From: an uncultured SAR86 cluster bacterium
GTDB lineage: Bacteria > Pseudomonadota > Gammaproteobacteria > Magnimaribacterales > D2472
Length of the DNA: 64,000 nt
Direction of reading: 5' to 3'
Assembly (NCBI GenBank): GCA_902623685.1
Contig: CACNUQ010000005.1
Span: 44-64,043 of the forward strand
The position numbers and the translations under genes were made by a program. The notes under the pieces are model-generated. The model saw nothing but the letters and a program-made list of their open reading frames with translations, was not told the DNA's origin and searched no databases. Positions 1 to 9,761 of this stretch are shown here, in pieces; position 1 is the stretch's first letter, and the number at the start of each line of letters is the position of its first letter.

Positions 1-2648
1 CTGAACTTGGAGAGAGTGGCTCTACTTCATCTGACAGAGATGATGATAAAACCGGAGGTTATAAGTCTTTTGTTCAGAATGAATATGAGGGAATTGTGAA
101 GCAGTTGAAAGAGCTTTCTTTGGACGAAAAAAAAGAAATATATTTTAGTGACTTAGCTGAGCAAAGAATTGAACTAGCTACCCAACTATGTATCAAGGAT
201 AAGAGAGCGTGTTTTTTAATAGATGAGTATAGAGAATTTGCAGAATCTGATCAAAATGAAATAAAAACTTTTGATAATTTGGAGTTATTTGGAGTAGATA
301 TTTTTTCTGGTTACAGAACCGACTTTAATTTTTATGAAAATATGCCTGTCGGAGGTGATTACAAAATTAAAATAGGTGATAAGGTTAGAGTTCTGCTCTT
401 TGGTGGTTTAGATCAAGATGCTGAGATAGATGTTGATAGAAGAGGTCATATTGTTGTAGAAGAAGTTGGCAGCATACCAATTGCAGGATTAACATTATCA
501 GATGCTAAACAGAGAATAGAGCAAGAAATTAGCGACAATTATTTTGGAACTGAAGTTATAGTCTCCTTGAAGCAAATTCGAGCCAAACAGGTTTTTGTAA
601 TAGGAAATGTTCATGTGCCAGGCTCATATACTCTTAATACATTTGGTACCGTTCTTAACGGCCTAATTTCTGCTGGAGGGATTAAAAATACTAGCTCTTT
701 AAGATCAATAAAAGTAATTAGAAATAAAAATGAAATTGCGGAAGTTGATTTATATAATCTTTTAATTGACGGTGACACAGGCTTAGTTGATTTGATCTTA
801 CAGGATGGAGATTCTGTTGTTGTAGGAGGCTTAAAAGATTCTGTTTCAATACTTGGCGAAGTTCAAAGACCGGCAAAATATGAAATTAAACCCGATGATA
901 ATCTAGGCTCGGTACTTAATTATGCTCTCGGTATAAATGCTTTTGCAGATATTGACAATATCTCTGTAGAACGAGTTCTTTCCTCTGGGAAAACTGCAAT
1001 ATTAAATCCTGGGGGAGATTTAAATTTTTCTTTGAAAAATGGAGACAGAATCACTGTAAATACTGTAATAGGAGAGAAAACAAATTACTTCAGCATTAAC
1101 GGCGAAATTCGAAATTCTGGAGAATATACTTTTAATGAAAACAAAGTTCTTGGAGATTTTATCAATTTGGATAGAGATTTGCTTGATACATCATATGTTG
1201 GATTAGCAGTCTTAAAAAGATTAGATCCTATTTCGAAATCATATAATGCATTCACTTTTGACCTAACTAACTCTAATAGACTGTCTAAAATTCGGCTTTT
1301 TTCTGGCGATCAAATTTTTATATTTTCAAAAGATGATATTGCCTTTATTCAATCTAAAACTTTAGCTAAATATATTAAGTCAATGGCAACTGAAGATAAT
1401 GAACAGTCATTTGATGGGCTTGATTTTTATGATCCCAGTGAGGCATTAGCTTCTGAAGCCTTGTCGGACAATCCATTTTTAAATAAAGGAGATACTATTG
1501 ATATTTCAGATGAGAAATATCAGTGCCTTGCATCCCTAGAAGCTCTTAATAAAAAACCATTGCTTGCCTTTCTTGAGTCTAAGTTTGAAACATTCGAGCC
1601 AGTAAATGAGGCTGGCTGCTCAAATTTGTTGACCATGCATTCAGAACTTCTCCCAATCCTAATTGTGAATTCAATCCCTGTTGTTGGAAATGTAAGATTT
1701 CCGGGGATATATCCAATTGGCGCTGGAGTTAATGGGAGAAATATTTTTAATCTTGCTGGAGGTTTTTTGTATGAAACATTAACTTCAGATACTTCATTTG
1801 AGGTTGGTACAAAATATGATGGCTTTAAAAAATATTCATTTAATGATCTTTTAAAACTTAGCCAGATTACATTCTTTAATCCAAGACTAGATTTTTCAAG
1901 TATTTATGAAGGTCATATTACATTGGTTGGCGAATTTAATAATCCAGGCATATATTCAATTGATGGCTCAACAACTTTGATGGATGTGTATGATCGAGCA
2001 GGAGGCTTGACACAAAATGCATATCCTTTAGGTGGTATCTTCACTAGAGATTCTGTAAAAGATCAGGAAACAAAAGCTATTGAAAGAGCTAAGCAAGAGT
2101 TGACTGAAATATTATCTACAGCAGTGACTAGTGGTTATTTAAAAGATAGTTCAACTGATTTGGTAAGCCTTGTTGCTCTGATGTCTAATATTTCTAATGT
2201 TGAAAGTATTGGTAGATTGGTAACCGAGCTAAACCCGTCAGTTATTTCAAGAAATCCAAATCAAGATACTCTCTTGGAGAGCGGGGATATTATTTATATG
2301 CCCTCTATTAAAAATGTCGTTACAGTCGTTGGACAAGTACTTAATCCTGTAACAATTCCATTCGAGACTGGAGCTGGATTCTCAAAATATATTGATTTGT
2401 CGGGAGGCTTAAAAAATGATGCAGATGAATCAAGGATTTATGCAATCTTGCCTAATGGAACCTCAATAAAATTTGAGAAATCATTTTTTGGATTAGGAGC
2501 AAAAGACTTGTTACCTGGATCCACAATCATAGTCCCAAGACAGGCAAGACCTCTTGATTCGCTTGCACTAGTTGAAACTTTATCACCTATTCTTGCAAAT
2601 CTGTCTGTGACTGCAGCATCAATTGCAGCCATCTCTAATAATAACTAG
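1..2648 (+). CDS. Polysaccharide export outer-membrane protein, Wza/KpsD-like with multiple SLBB repeats. The 5' end is probably outside the window.
   Basis: The frame is open from nt 3 to the window edge. The GTG at 96 gives an N-terminus with no signal peptide, so the true start is probably upstream. There is a Poly_export-like segment (GDYKIKIGDKVRV...VDRRGHIVVEEVGSIPIAGLTLSDAKQRIEQEI). It is followed by repeated SLBB-like units (GNVHVPGSYTL, GEVQRPAKYEI, GEIRNSGEYTF, GNVRFPGIYPI, GEFNNPGIYSI, GQVLNPVTIPF) and a hydrophobic C-terminal helix. Confidence 0.8.
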   Translation, partial: ELGESGSTSSDRDDDKTGGYKSFVQNEYEGIVKQLKELSLDEKKEIYFSDLAEQRIELATQLCIKDKRACFLIDEYREFAESDQNEIKTFDNLELFGVDIFSGYRTDFNFYENMPVGGDYKIKIGDKVRVLLFGGLDQDAEIDVDRRGHIVVEEVGSIPIAGLTLSDAKQRIEQEISDNYFGTEVIVSLKQIRAKQVFVIGNVHVPGSYTLNTFGTVLNGLISAGGIKNTSSLRSIKVIRNKNEIAEVDLYNLLIDGDTGLVDLILQDGDSVVVGGLKDSVSILGEVQRPAKYEIKPDDNLGSVLNYALGINAFADIDNISVERVLSSGKTAILNPGGDLNFSLKNGDRITVNTVIGEKTNYFSINGEIRNSGEYTFNENKVLGDFINLDRDLLDTSYVGLAVLKRLDPISKSYNAFTFDLTNSNRLSKIRLFSGDQIFIFSKDDIAFIQSKTLAKYIKSMATEDNEQSFDGLDFYDPSEALASEALSDNPFLNKGDTIDISDEKYQCLASLEALNKKPLLAFLESKFETFEPVNEAGCSNLLTMHSELLPILIVNSIPVVGNVRFPGIYPIGAGVNGRNIFNLAGGFLYETLTSDTSFEVGTKYDGFKKYSFNDLLKLSQITFFNPRLDFSSIYEGHITLVGEFNNPGIYSIDGSTTLMDVYDRAGGLTQNAYPLGGIFTRDSVKDQETKAIERAKQELTEILSTAVTSGYLKDSSTDLVSLVALMSNISNVESIGRLVTELNPSVISRNPNQDTLLESGDIIYMPSIKNVVTVVGQVLNPVTIPFETGAGFSKYIDLSGGLKNDADESRIYAILPNGTSIKFEKSFFGLGAKDLLPGSTIIVPRQARPLDSLALVETLSPILANLSVTAASIAAISNNN

Positions 2649-2655
2649 TATATAG

Positions 2656-4821
2656 ATGAGAAAAAAGCTTGCAGCGCTGTTTACGGCGTTGATATTTTCA
2701 ATTACTTTATCTGCAGATATAAGAGATTATATTTATCCATATTATGATCAACCAAGTTTCTCAAATTATGGAACCATAGGTCTTATGCAGATGCCTACTG
2801 CAAGATTGCTTCCAGAGGGATCTCTAGCTTTTACTTGGTCTCATTATGAGCCATATTTAAGAGGTTCCATTGTTGCTTATCCTTTTAATTGGTTTGAAGC
2901 TTCATATCAATATACAGATATAAATAACAAGCTTTATAGTGATGTTGAGGCATTTAGTGGATCTCAATCGTATAAAGATAAAGGATTTGACATTAAATTT
3001 AGACTTCTAAAGGAATCTAAATATTTACCCGCTGTCGCTCTTGGCGTAAGAGACCTCGGAGGAACTGCATTATTTGCCTCAGAATATATTGTAGCAACGA
3101 AAAGAATCAAAAATGTGGATCTCACCGGAGGTATTGGTTGGGGTGTCATGAATAGGAATGGTATTTCAAATCCACTTGGCAAGATTACAGAAAGATTTTA
3201 TAACAGAGGTGTTAACTCTACAGAGGGTATCACAAGCGGTGGAGAATTAAATACATCCTCTTTCTTTCGTGGTGAGGAAGCAGGTTTGTTTGCGGGAGCC
3301 GAAATATTTCTTCCAAAAATTAAAGGACTTAGGCTGAAAGTTGAATATGATGCAACTAACTACCAAGAAGAGTCTTATGAACCATTAGAGCAAGATTCGA
3401 AATGGAATTATGGATTCGTATATCCTATAACAAGAGGTTTTCATATTAAACTAGGCTACGCTAGAGGAAATACGCTCAATTTTGGATTTTCATATTCGGG
3501 GTCTTGGGGTAAAAAAGATCCAGTTGTTAAAAAAAATGATCCTCCAAAAAAGATTGAATATTCTAGAACATATAAATATGTTAACTCACTTGATAAAGGT
3601 AATCTTTATAAGACAAGTCTAGAATTCCTTAGGACAAAAGAAAAACTTTATCTACAAAGCGCTGATTTAGAAGATAATAAATTTAAAATTACATTTACTC
3701 AAAATACCCATGGTAGTTATCCACGCATGATGGGAAGAGCAGTAGGAATTCTTGATCAATTATCTCCTGATGAGATTGATACATTTGTGCTGACAAATTT
3801 AAATGCAGAAATGCCGCTTTTAACATATGAAATATCTCGCTCTGACTTCAATACCTATAAGAGATTAAAAATAACTGAACCCTTACTATCTAGTTCAGAA
3901 ATATATAAAAGTAAAACGGAAGATCTTGAAAATTATGAGTATCAACCTATAACTAGATTGCCACTTCTCTTAAATAGTTTTTCGCCTCAGCTAAGGAGTC
4001 AAATCGGAGGACCCGACGGTTTTTATTTTGGTGATTTGTCATATGGAGTTAAGTCAGAGTTCATAATTAAAGAGAATTTAACTCTTCTAACAACTGCCTC
4101 TATAGGTTTAGTTAATAACTTGGGAGATTTAAAACTTGCTAGTGACAGCTCATTACCTCATGTTAGAACAGACATAGTTAAGTATTTAAAGCAAAGTAAA
4201 AAAGCTCATATAACTAGAATGCAGCTCAATTATTTTAAAAATCCTTTCGGTTCTTTTTACTACAAAATTTCAGGAGGATTATTTGAGCAGATGTTTGGCG
4301 GAATAGGCATTGAAACTCTATATAGACCATTTACAAAGAACTATGGTATTGGCATGGAGTTATGGAGAGTCAAACAGAGAAGTTATCGTCAATTATTTTC
4401 TTTCTTAGAAGACGACAACAAATATATGACTACAACAGGACACTTTAATTTCTATTTTAAAGAACCAAGATCTCAAGTTTTGATGAGTATAAAGGCTGGC
4501 AGATTTTTAGCAGAGGATTCTGGATTCAATTTTGATTTTTCTAGGAGATTTAAAAGTGGATTGACTCTAGGAGCATTTTTCTCTAGAACAGATATTAGTT
4601 ATGCAGAATTTGGAGAAGGCAGTTTTGATAAAGGCTGGTATTTTTTATTTCCTCTAAGCATGTTTTCAAAAAAACATTCTAAACAAATGACTTCGTTCGG
4701 CTTAAGGCCATTAACAAGAGATGGAGCAGTATATTTAGTCCACGCTCATCACCTGTATGGAGTAACCGATCAGGGAGTATTGAGCCATAGTACTAGGGAT
4801 TGGGATGATATATATGATTAA
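2656..4821 (+). CDS. yjbH: YjbH-family exopolysaccharide-associated outer-membrane protein
   Basis: Signal peptide MRKKLAALFTALIFSITLSA. The N-terminal third matches the E. coli YjbH pattern as I remember it (GLMQMPTARLLPEG, YTDINNKLYSDVEAFSGSQSYKDKGFDIKFRLLKESKYLPAVALGVRDLGGTALFASEYIVATKR). At 721 aa it is the typical size for the family. Confidence 0.8.
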   Translation: MRKKLAALFTALIFSITLSADIRDYIYPYYDQPSFSNYGTIGLMQMPTARLLPEGSLAFTWSHYEPYLRGSIVAYPFNWFEASYQYTDINNKLYSDVEAFSGSQSYKDKGFDIKFRLLKESKYLPAVALGVRDLGGTALFASEYIVATKRIKNVDLTGGIGWGVMNRNGISNPLGKITERFYNRGVNSTEGITSGGELNTSSFFRGEEAGLFAGAEIFLPKIKGLRLKVEYDATNYQEESYEPLEQDSKWNYGFVYPITRGFHIKLGYARGNTLNFGFSYSGSWGKKDPVVKKNDPPKKIEYSRTYKYVNSLDKGNLYKTSLEFLRTKEKLYLQSADLEDNKFKITFTQNTHGSYPRMMGRAVGILDQLSPDEIDTFVLTNLNAEMPLLTYEISRSDFNTYKRLKITEPLLSSSEIYKSKTEDLENYEYQPITRLPLLLNSFSPQLRSQIGGPDGFYFGDLSYGVKSEFIIKENLTLLTTASIGLVNNLGDLKLASDSSLPHVRTDIVKYLKQSKKAHITRMQLNYFKNPFGSFYYKISGGLFEQMFGGIGIETLYRPFTKNYGIGMELWRVKQRSYRQLFSFLEDDNKYMTTTGHFNFYFKEPRSQVLMSIKAGRFLAEDSGFNFDFSRRFKSGLTLGAFFSRTDISYAEFGEGSFDKGWYFLFPLSMFSKKHSKQMTSFGLRPLTRDGAVYLVHAHHLYGVTDQGVLSHSTRDWDDIYD

Positions 4822-5455
4822 TAAGATAAAACTTGTAATTTTAATTTTTGCTTTATCTTCATGCTCAAATTTACCTTCTGTAAATTATGTTGAGGTAGCT
4901 AAAGATTCTGCAAAGTATATTACTGGTAGAAATGACCTTAAAATTACAAATGAAGATTTTATTAATCAAGAATATAGCTTTATAAAAGTAAAATTAGGAA
5001 GATCAACTCCTATTTTGATGATACTAGCATATGAAAATAAGGGAGTATTTGAATGGGTAGACGCAGAGAGTAGAAGAATATATACATATAATGGAAAAAT
5101 TATTGAGTTAGATGGCTTTAGGAACGATCTTAAAATTCAACATTCAAATTCAAAAATATCTAATTTTTATGCATCTAGTAGTATTAATTATGCTGTAGAT
5201 TTTTATAATCCAACTCTATTAAGTCTTAACATAAATTCAAAAATTTCTTCAAATCAAAGCAAAAAATTTAAATTAATGAGGTTAGATCAAGAAGAAGAAT
5301 TTACAAAGGTTGAAGAAGTAATTGATGCACCATTGATAAATTGGTCTGAAAAAAATATCTATTATTTGGACAGAGATAGCCAAATTTTTAAAACAAAGCA
5401 ATATGTTCATCCGAGAATGCCTGTTATAACTATTGAATATTATGTTAAATATTAA
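4805..5455 (+). CDS. yjbF: YjbF-family lipoprotein (exopolysaccharide locus)
   Basis: Lipoprotein signal with lipobox (LIFALSS-C). About 210 aa, and it overlaps the yjbH stop, which suggests translational coupling. Size and neighbourhood fit YjbF. An alternative ATG lies at 4814. Confidence 0.6.
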   Translation: MIYMINKIKLVILIFALSSCSNLPSVNYVEVAKDSAKYITGRNDLKITNEDFINQEYSFIKVKLGRSTPILMILAYENKGVFEWVDAESRRIYTYNGKIIELDGFRNDLKIQHSNSKISNFYASSSINYAVDFYNPTLLSLNINSKISSNQSKKFKLMRLDQEEEFTKVEEVIDAPLINWSEKNIYYLDRDSQIFKTKQYVHPRMPVITIEYYVKY

Positions 5456-5473
5456 ACTAGATTTTTTTCAGGC

Positions 5474-5505
5474 AAAAAAAACCACCAATGATGGTGGTTT
5501 TTTTT
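5474..5505. terminator. Bidirectional Rho-independent terminator between convergent genes
   Basis: A-run (5474-5480), perfect 7-bp stem ACCACCA (5481-5487) / TGGTGGT (5492-5498) with a 4-nt loop, then a T-run (5498-5505). It sits between the stop of the + strand gene (5455) and the stop of the - strand gene (5517). Confidence 0.85.
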
Positions 5506-5516
5506 AAGAACCTTGT

Positions 5517-6356
5517 TTACTGAACTTCTCTTGTTGCAGTAGCAGTAGTTTGTTCAATGACATCGACTGTAGTATCAACGTCGATCATTTGAGTTTCTTC
5601 AACAATTGTATCAACTTCGATAAGAACGTCTGTTAAAGCCTCATATTCTTCAAAGCTTTGTTCTACATTAGATGGCTCATCTGGGCCGAGTACCAATGGA
5701 ACATCAATTGAGAATCCAGGATAGAAACCGCCATTACCGTCAATATCGCCATTACCCATCAGACCACCTTGTCCGTCATTTACATCTACCTGACTTGAAC
5801 CAAGGTAGACAGTAGCAGAAACTGCTGTAGGATCAGTTGGATCAGTTTCAGTAACAGTTGTGGTTTCTGTTGCTGAACTTGTCAAGGTATTAGAACTTGT
5901 TAAAGTTGTAACATTTGTATTTGTTGCAGAAGAAACAGTTACACCTACATTAGTAGCTGAGGAGGTTACTGTGTTAGAGGAAACAACGTTCTCAACTGTA
6001 TATTCATAAACTTCAGTCGGTGCTGGTGTAGGCGCGGGTGTAGGCGCTGGTGTTGGCGCTGGTGTTGGCGCTGGTGTAGGCGCTGGTGTAGGCGCTGGTG
6101 TAGGCGCTGGTGTTGGCGCAGGTGTTGGCGCAGGTGAATCGTCATCATCTGATGCTGCGGCTATAGCTGCAACAGCTGCCACAGCGGCGGCAATTGCACC
6201 TGCACTAAGTGATTCTCCAGCCTTTTCTGCAGCCTCTTCCCCAGCTGCTTTTGGCGCATCACCGTCATCAGCAATAACCTGAGTTGAAATGAGACCTGCT
6301 ATAAACGCATACCCAAATGAAAAAAATCTTCTAAGTGTAAATTTTAATTTCGCCAT
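5517..6356 (-). CDS. Secreted acidic Ala/Pro/Thr-rich repeat protein of unknown function
   Basis: N-terminal signal-like segment ([29 protein letters not shown]), then an Ala-rich stretch, DDDD, about ten PAPT repeats, a Thr/Ser/Val-rich region and an acidic Gly/Asp-rich C-terminal part ([18 protein letters not shown]). I recognised no family. Confidence 0.6.
   Translation of the reverse strand: MAKLKFTLRRFFSFGYAFIAGLISTQVIADDGDAPKAAGEEAAEKAGESLSAGAIAAAVAAVAAIAAASDDDDSPAPTPAPTPAPTPAPTPAPTPAPTPAPTPAPTPAPTPAPTEVYEYTVENVVSSNTVTSSATNVGVTVSSATNTNVTTLTSSNTLTSSATETTTVTETDPTDPTAVSATVYLGSSQVDVNDGQGGLMGNGDIDGNGGFYPGFSIDVPLVLGPDEPSNVEQSFEEYEALTDVLIEVDTIVEETQMIDVDTTVDVIEQTTATATREVQ
6019..6138. repeat. 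Tandem 12-bp repeat (ggtgtWggcgcN, nine full units plus partial ends) encoding (PAPT)n on the minus strand
   Basis: Read directly. Units start at 6025, 6037, 6049, 6061, 6073, 6085, 6097, 6109 and 6121 and differ only at two wobble positions. Confidence 0.95.
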
Positions 6357-6602
6357 TTTTATTCACCTTCCTCTGTAAGTGTAAACTCTAATGTTAGTTT
6401 ATTTCATAAAATATCACAATATTTCATGAAAAAATTTATTCTCTGTTCAGCACCACTATATGCTGAGTGGTGATTATATACACTTTTAATTCAAAAAACT
6501 AAATTTTATTTAATTTTTTTCACTTTGAGCACATCTTTAATTTGTTTAAGAAAAGCATCTAAAAGATACTTTAATTATTTTTCATTATAAAATAATCACT
6601 TT

Positions 6603-6679
6603 CGGGATGTAGCGCAGCCTGGTAGCGCACCTCGCTGGGGGTGAGGTGGTCGTCGGTTCAAATCCGGCCATCCCGACCA
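6603..6679 (+). tRNA. tRNA-Pro (anticodon GGG), CCA encoded
   Basis: Cloverleaf folded by hand. Acceptor CGGGATG/CATCCCG; D-arm GCGC-AGCCTGGTA-GCGC; anticodon stem CCTCG/TGAGG with loop CTGGGGG (anticodon GGG); T-arm GTCGG-TTCAAAT-CCGGC; discriminator A plus CCA. Total 77 nt. Confidence 0.93.
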
Positions 6680-6680
6680 T

Positions 6681-7559
6681 TCATCTTGATTTATTAATTA
6701 CTTCTTCAGCGTACCAATTAATTTCAGCAATCATTCCGTCAAGAGTCCTATCATCTTTGCCTCCTTCATAAGCATTTCTGAAGGCTACAATTACCTCAGT
6801 TGCTCCAAGATCTTCAAGATTTTTGATTCCATCTGGTGAATAAGCTGCCTCTCCCATTACTTGGAATTGATAATTAGGATGATGAAGTGTTCCAAATTCG
6901 TCCCTAAATGTATTTATTTGGTTAATAAATTCTTTAGTTTCATCAAGAGTTATTCCAGCACTAATCCAGCCATCTCCAACACGAGCCGCTCTCTTAAGAG
7001 CAAGTTTTGAATGACCGCCTATCAGAATTGGGACTGGTTTACTTGGTACAGGACAGAGTTTTAATTCAGGAATATCATAAAACTCACCTTTGAAAGAAAA
7101 ATATTCACCATTCATCAATCCTTTTAGAATATCTATTTGTTCATCCATTCTTTTACCACGTTTTTCCCATCTCTCTCCGGTAGCAAGAAAATCCTCGTAC
7201 CATGGACTAACGCCTATGCCAAAATGAAATCTGTTATTTGTCATTACTCCAAGCGTCGTAACAAATTTAGCAGTAGTTACTGCTTGTCTTGGAGCAAGTT
7301 TATAAACGGAGGTTGAAAATTCTAACTTATCAGTTACTGCCGCAATTGCTGGAATGATTGAAAACGGCTCTAAGAATGGAACTCCATCAAGGAACTCTCT
7401 ACTGCCATCATCATTGTATGGGTAAGTTGAATCACATTCTTTTGGATAACAGATGCTATCTGGAAATGTAATGCAATCAAATCCAGCGGCTTCAGCCGCT
7501 TTCCCAAGCTCTAGATAAAATGAAGGATCGCACATAGTTGGATGATATGAAAAACGCAT
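6681..7559 (-). CDS. Luciferase-like monooxygenase (LLM) class flavin/F420-dependent oxidoreductase
   Basis: 292 aa TIM-barrel LLM pattern (FDCITFPDS, LEPFSIIPAIAAVTDKLEFSTSVYKLAPRQAV, PILIGGHSKLALKRAARVGDGW). The stop lies 1 nt from the tRNA-Pro 3' end. Confidence 0.7.
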   Translation of the reverse strand: MRFSYHPTMCDPSFYLELGKAAEAAGFDCITFPDSICYPKECDSTYPYNDDGSREFLDGVPFLEPFSIIPAIAAVTDKLEFSTSVYKLAPRQAVTTAKFVTTLGVMTNNRFHFGIGVSPWYEDFLATGERWEKRGKRMDEQIDILKGLMNGEYFSFKGEFYDIPELKLCPVPSKPVPILIGGHSKLALKRAARVGDGWISAGITLDETKEFINQINTFRDEFGTLHHPNYQFQVMGEAAYSPDGIKNLEDLGATEVIVAFRNAYEGGKDDRTLDGMIAEINWYAEEVINKSR

Positions 7560-7620
7560 AATAAGTTACCTTTTTGTTTAATTGTTCAGAAATAATATAA
7601 TAACAAAAGAGGTAAAAAAA

Positions 7621-8385
7621 ATGGATAAAAGTTTTGAAAATGGGTGTGTTCTTATTGTGGGTGGCAGTGGAGGTATCGGCTCATTGTGTGCACAAGAATT
7701 TGCTCAATCAGGTGCTAGGGTAGTAATTACCTATTATAAAAATGAGCAAGCTGCCATTGATGTTGCTAATGATATAAATGGTGATGTGCAAATTTATCAA
7801 TTAGACAATAGCAACCCTAAATCAGTGGAAGAAACTTTTCAAAAAGTTGCTAATGATCATGGATCTATAAATACCCTTGTAAATGCTGCTGGATTTGATA
7901 TACCTCAAAAATTTATCAGTGAAATAGATATTGATTTATGGAAAGGTGTTATTGACTCTGACATAAATGGTTTTTTTAATCTCGTCAAATTTGGATTACC
8001 TTTTCTAAGAGAATCACAAGGATCTATAGTTTTTATAAGTTCTGCAGGATTATTCAAGTATCCTCCTGGAGATATTCTTTCAGTTGCACCAAAAGCTACG
8101 ATCGAACATGTGCTGAAAGGCATCGCTAAGGAAGAGGGCAAGAATGGTGTGCGAGCAAATTCTATTGCATTAGGAGTAATAGATACAGGAATATTTCATA
8201 GGCTTAGAGAAGAAAACGATACTTTCTTTGACGAAGCATGGCATGAGGCTGTTATGAACACGCTCGCAATCAAAAGGTTTGGTCTGCCAAAAGAAGTGGC
8301 TGATACAGCTGTGTTTTTAGCATCCAGCAAAGGAGGATATATCACTGGGCATTGTATTCCAGTTGATGGCGGCTACCACCTTTAA
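7621..8385 (+). CDS. Short-chain dehydrogenase/reductase (SDR)
   Basis: Rossmann motif VGGSGGIGS, NAAG motif (LVNAAG), and a catalytic-region pattern with C-terminal PVDGG. The ATG at 7621 is preceded by AAGAGG. The track start at 7582 is a TTG with no RBS. Confidence 0.8.
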   Translation: MDKSFENGCVLIVGGSGGIGSLCAQEFAQSGARVVITYYKNEQAAIDVANDINGDVQIYQLDNSNPKSVEETFQKVANDHGSINTLVNAAGFDIPQKFISEIDIDLWKGVIDSDINGFFNLVKFGLPFLRESQGSIVFISSAGLFKYPPGDILSVAPKATIEHVLKGIAKEEGKNGVRANSIALGVIDTGIFHRLREENDTFFDEAWHEAVMNTLAIKRFGLPKEVADTAVFLASSKGGYITGHCIPVDGGYHL

Positions 8386-8388
8386 TAA

Positions 8389-9588
8389 TTATACAAAATA
8401 GTCAGTGTTTTCAACTCCGAGTTGCATAGCACCGTAGTTTCTTGAAAAGCTGACTGGATTGTTTGCAACATGAGCCCTAGATGTATGCACATCTAGAAAT
8501 ATTTTTTGGATTTCGCTACCAGCAAATACTGCACCACCACCAGCATTTGAGAACAGAGTATCAACAACTTCAAGACATTTCTCAATAACCAAAGATGCAT
8601 CATATCTAAATTTAACCCTATCGATCATTGGGATTCCGCCTTGATTACCAGCTTTGTCTACCATTACGTCATAGTTTCTAAACATTACAGTCTCGATTGC
8701 ATCTAATTTTGCTGCTGCTTCAGCAACTATTGTTTGAGTGTGAGTATCTCCAGCTAATTTAGAAGGGTCACTTGATGCTTTATTATTTGCCCCATCTATG
8801 AAAAGTTCGAGCATTTTTTTAGTAGCCCCAATTGCTGGAGTAGATACTGCTCTTACAAATAGCTGCCCCCAAGGAATTTTATAGAGGTCATTTTTATTTA
8901 CTTCATACCCTGGATTAGTTAGGTTGAATCCATCAGATTGTTTGTGGGTGCGGTACTCTGGCACGAAAACATCATTTACATGAATGTCCTGACTACCAGT
9001 TGCTTTTAAACCCATTGAGTACCATGTGTCTTTAATTTCATAATCACTTTTAGGAATAAGAAACGTTCTATATTCAGGTGCACCACCTTCAGGAGGGAAT
9101 ATTAATCCACCCAACAAGGCCCATTCGCAGTGTTCGGAGCCACTTGACCATTGCCAGTGTCCAGAAAACTTGAAGCCGCCCTCTACGGGAGTTACTTGAC
9201 CCAATGGAGCATATGAAGATGATACCAGTGTGTTGTCATCTTCTCCCCAAACTTCTTCCTGAGCTTTATTGTCATACAGTGCGAGCTGGAAGGGATGTAT
9301 ACCAATAACTCCCAAAACCCATGCCGTGGACATGCAGCCCTGAGCAACTCTCAGTTGAACTTCAGAAAATGTATGAGGATCTAACTCAAAACCGCCGTAC
9401 TGTTTTGGCTGAAGAATTTTAAAAAAACCAGCATCTTTCATATCTTGAATGGTTTCTTTAGGTATTCTTCTATCAATATTTGCTGACTCAGATCTTTCTT
9501 TTAGCACAGGTATGAGCTCTTCTGCTCTTTTAATCATTTCGTTGTGAAGATCTAAGTTAGTTCTCTCTGCAATAGCTGTTAATGGCAT
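8389..9588 (-). CDS. Flavin-dependent monooxygenase, acyl-CoA-dehydrogenase fold (HsaA / two-component hydroxylase oxygenase subunit-like)
   Basis: Close motif match to my memory of M. tuberculosis HsaA: AQEEVWGED, SSSYAP, FLIPKSDYEIKDTWYSMGLKATGS, VFVPEYR. 399 aa. Confidence 0.7.
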   Translation of the reverse strand: MPLTAIAERTNLDLHNEMIKRAEELIPVLKERSESANIDRRIPKETIQDMKDAGFFKILQPKQYGGFELDPHTFSEVQLRVAQGCMSTAWVLGVIGIHPFQLALYDNKAQEEVWGEDDNTLVSSSYAPLGQVTPVEGGFKFSGHWQWSSGSEHCEWALLGGLIFPPEGGAPEYRTFLIPKSDYEIKDTWYSMGLKATGSQDIHVNDVFVPEYRTHKQSDGFNLTNPGYEVNKNDLYKIPWGQLFVRAVSTPAIGATKKMLELFIDGANNKASSDPSKLAGDTHTQTIVAEAAAKLDAIETVMFRNYDVMVDKAGNQGGIPMIDRVKFRYDASLVIEKCLEVVDTLFSNAGGGAVFAGSEIQKIFLDVHTSRAHVANNPVSFSRNYGAMQLGVENTDYFV

Positions 9589-9761
9589 AATTCACCTCTT
9601 AATATAGTTGAATGTAATGATTTCATTATTACTTCAATCGATCAACCTAATAATTCATATTATTTGTAATAAATTTTACGAATTAAATAATAAAAATCAT
9701 TATATATCTTTTTATTTCCTATTAGTAATAAATACTTTAATCATGCAATTATAATTATCTC

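Noticed and set aside
6019-6138. Possible CRISPR-like or regulatory repeat array
   Set aside because: The units are contiguous 12-mers with no spacers and lie in frame inside a CDS. This is a coding tandem repeat, not a CRISPR array.
5966-6148. 60-aa minus-strand ORF with an HQRL-type repeat inside the (PAPT)n gene
   Set aside because: It is an alternative-frame read of the 12-bp tandem repeat. It has no independent coding signal and is fully nested in the longer signal-peptide-bearing ORF.
6451-6472. Hairpin CACCACT-N8-AGTGGTG in the intergenic region between the repeat-protein gene and tRNA-Pro
   Set aside because: It has no flanking T-run on either strand, and no gene ends there. It may be a 5'-UTR or promoter-proximal structure, but the evidence is too thin to call.
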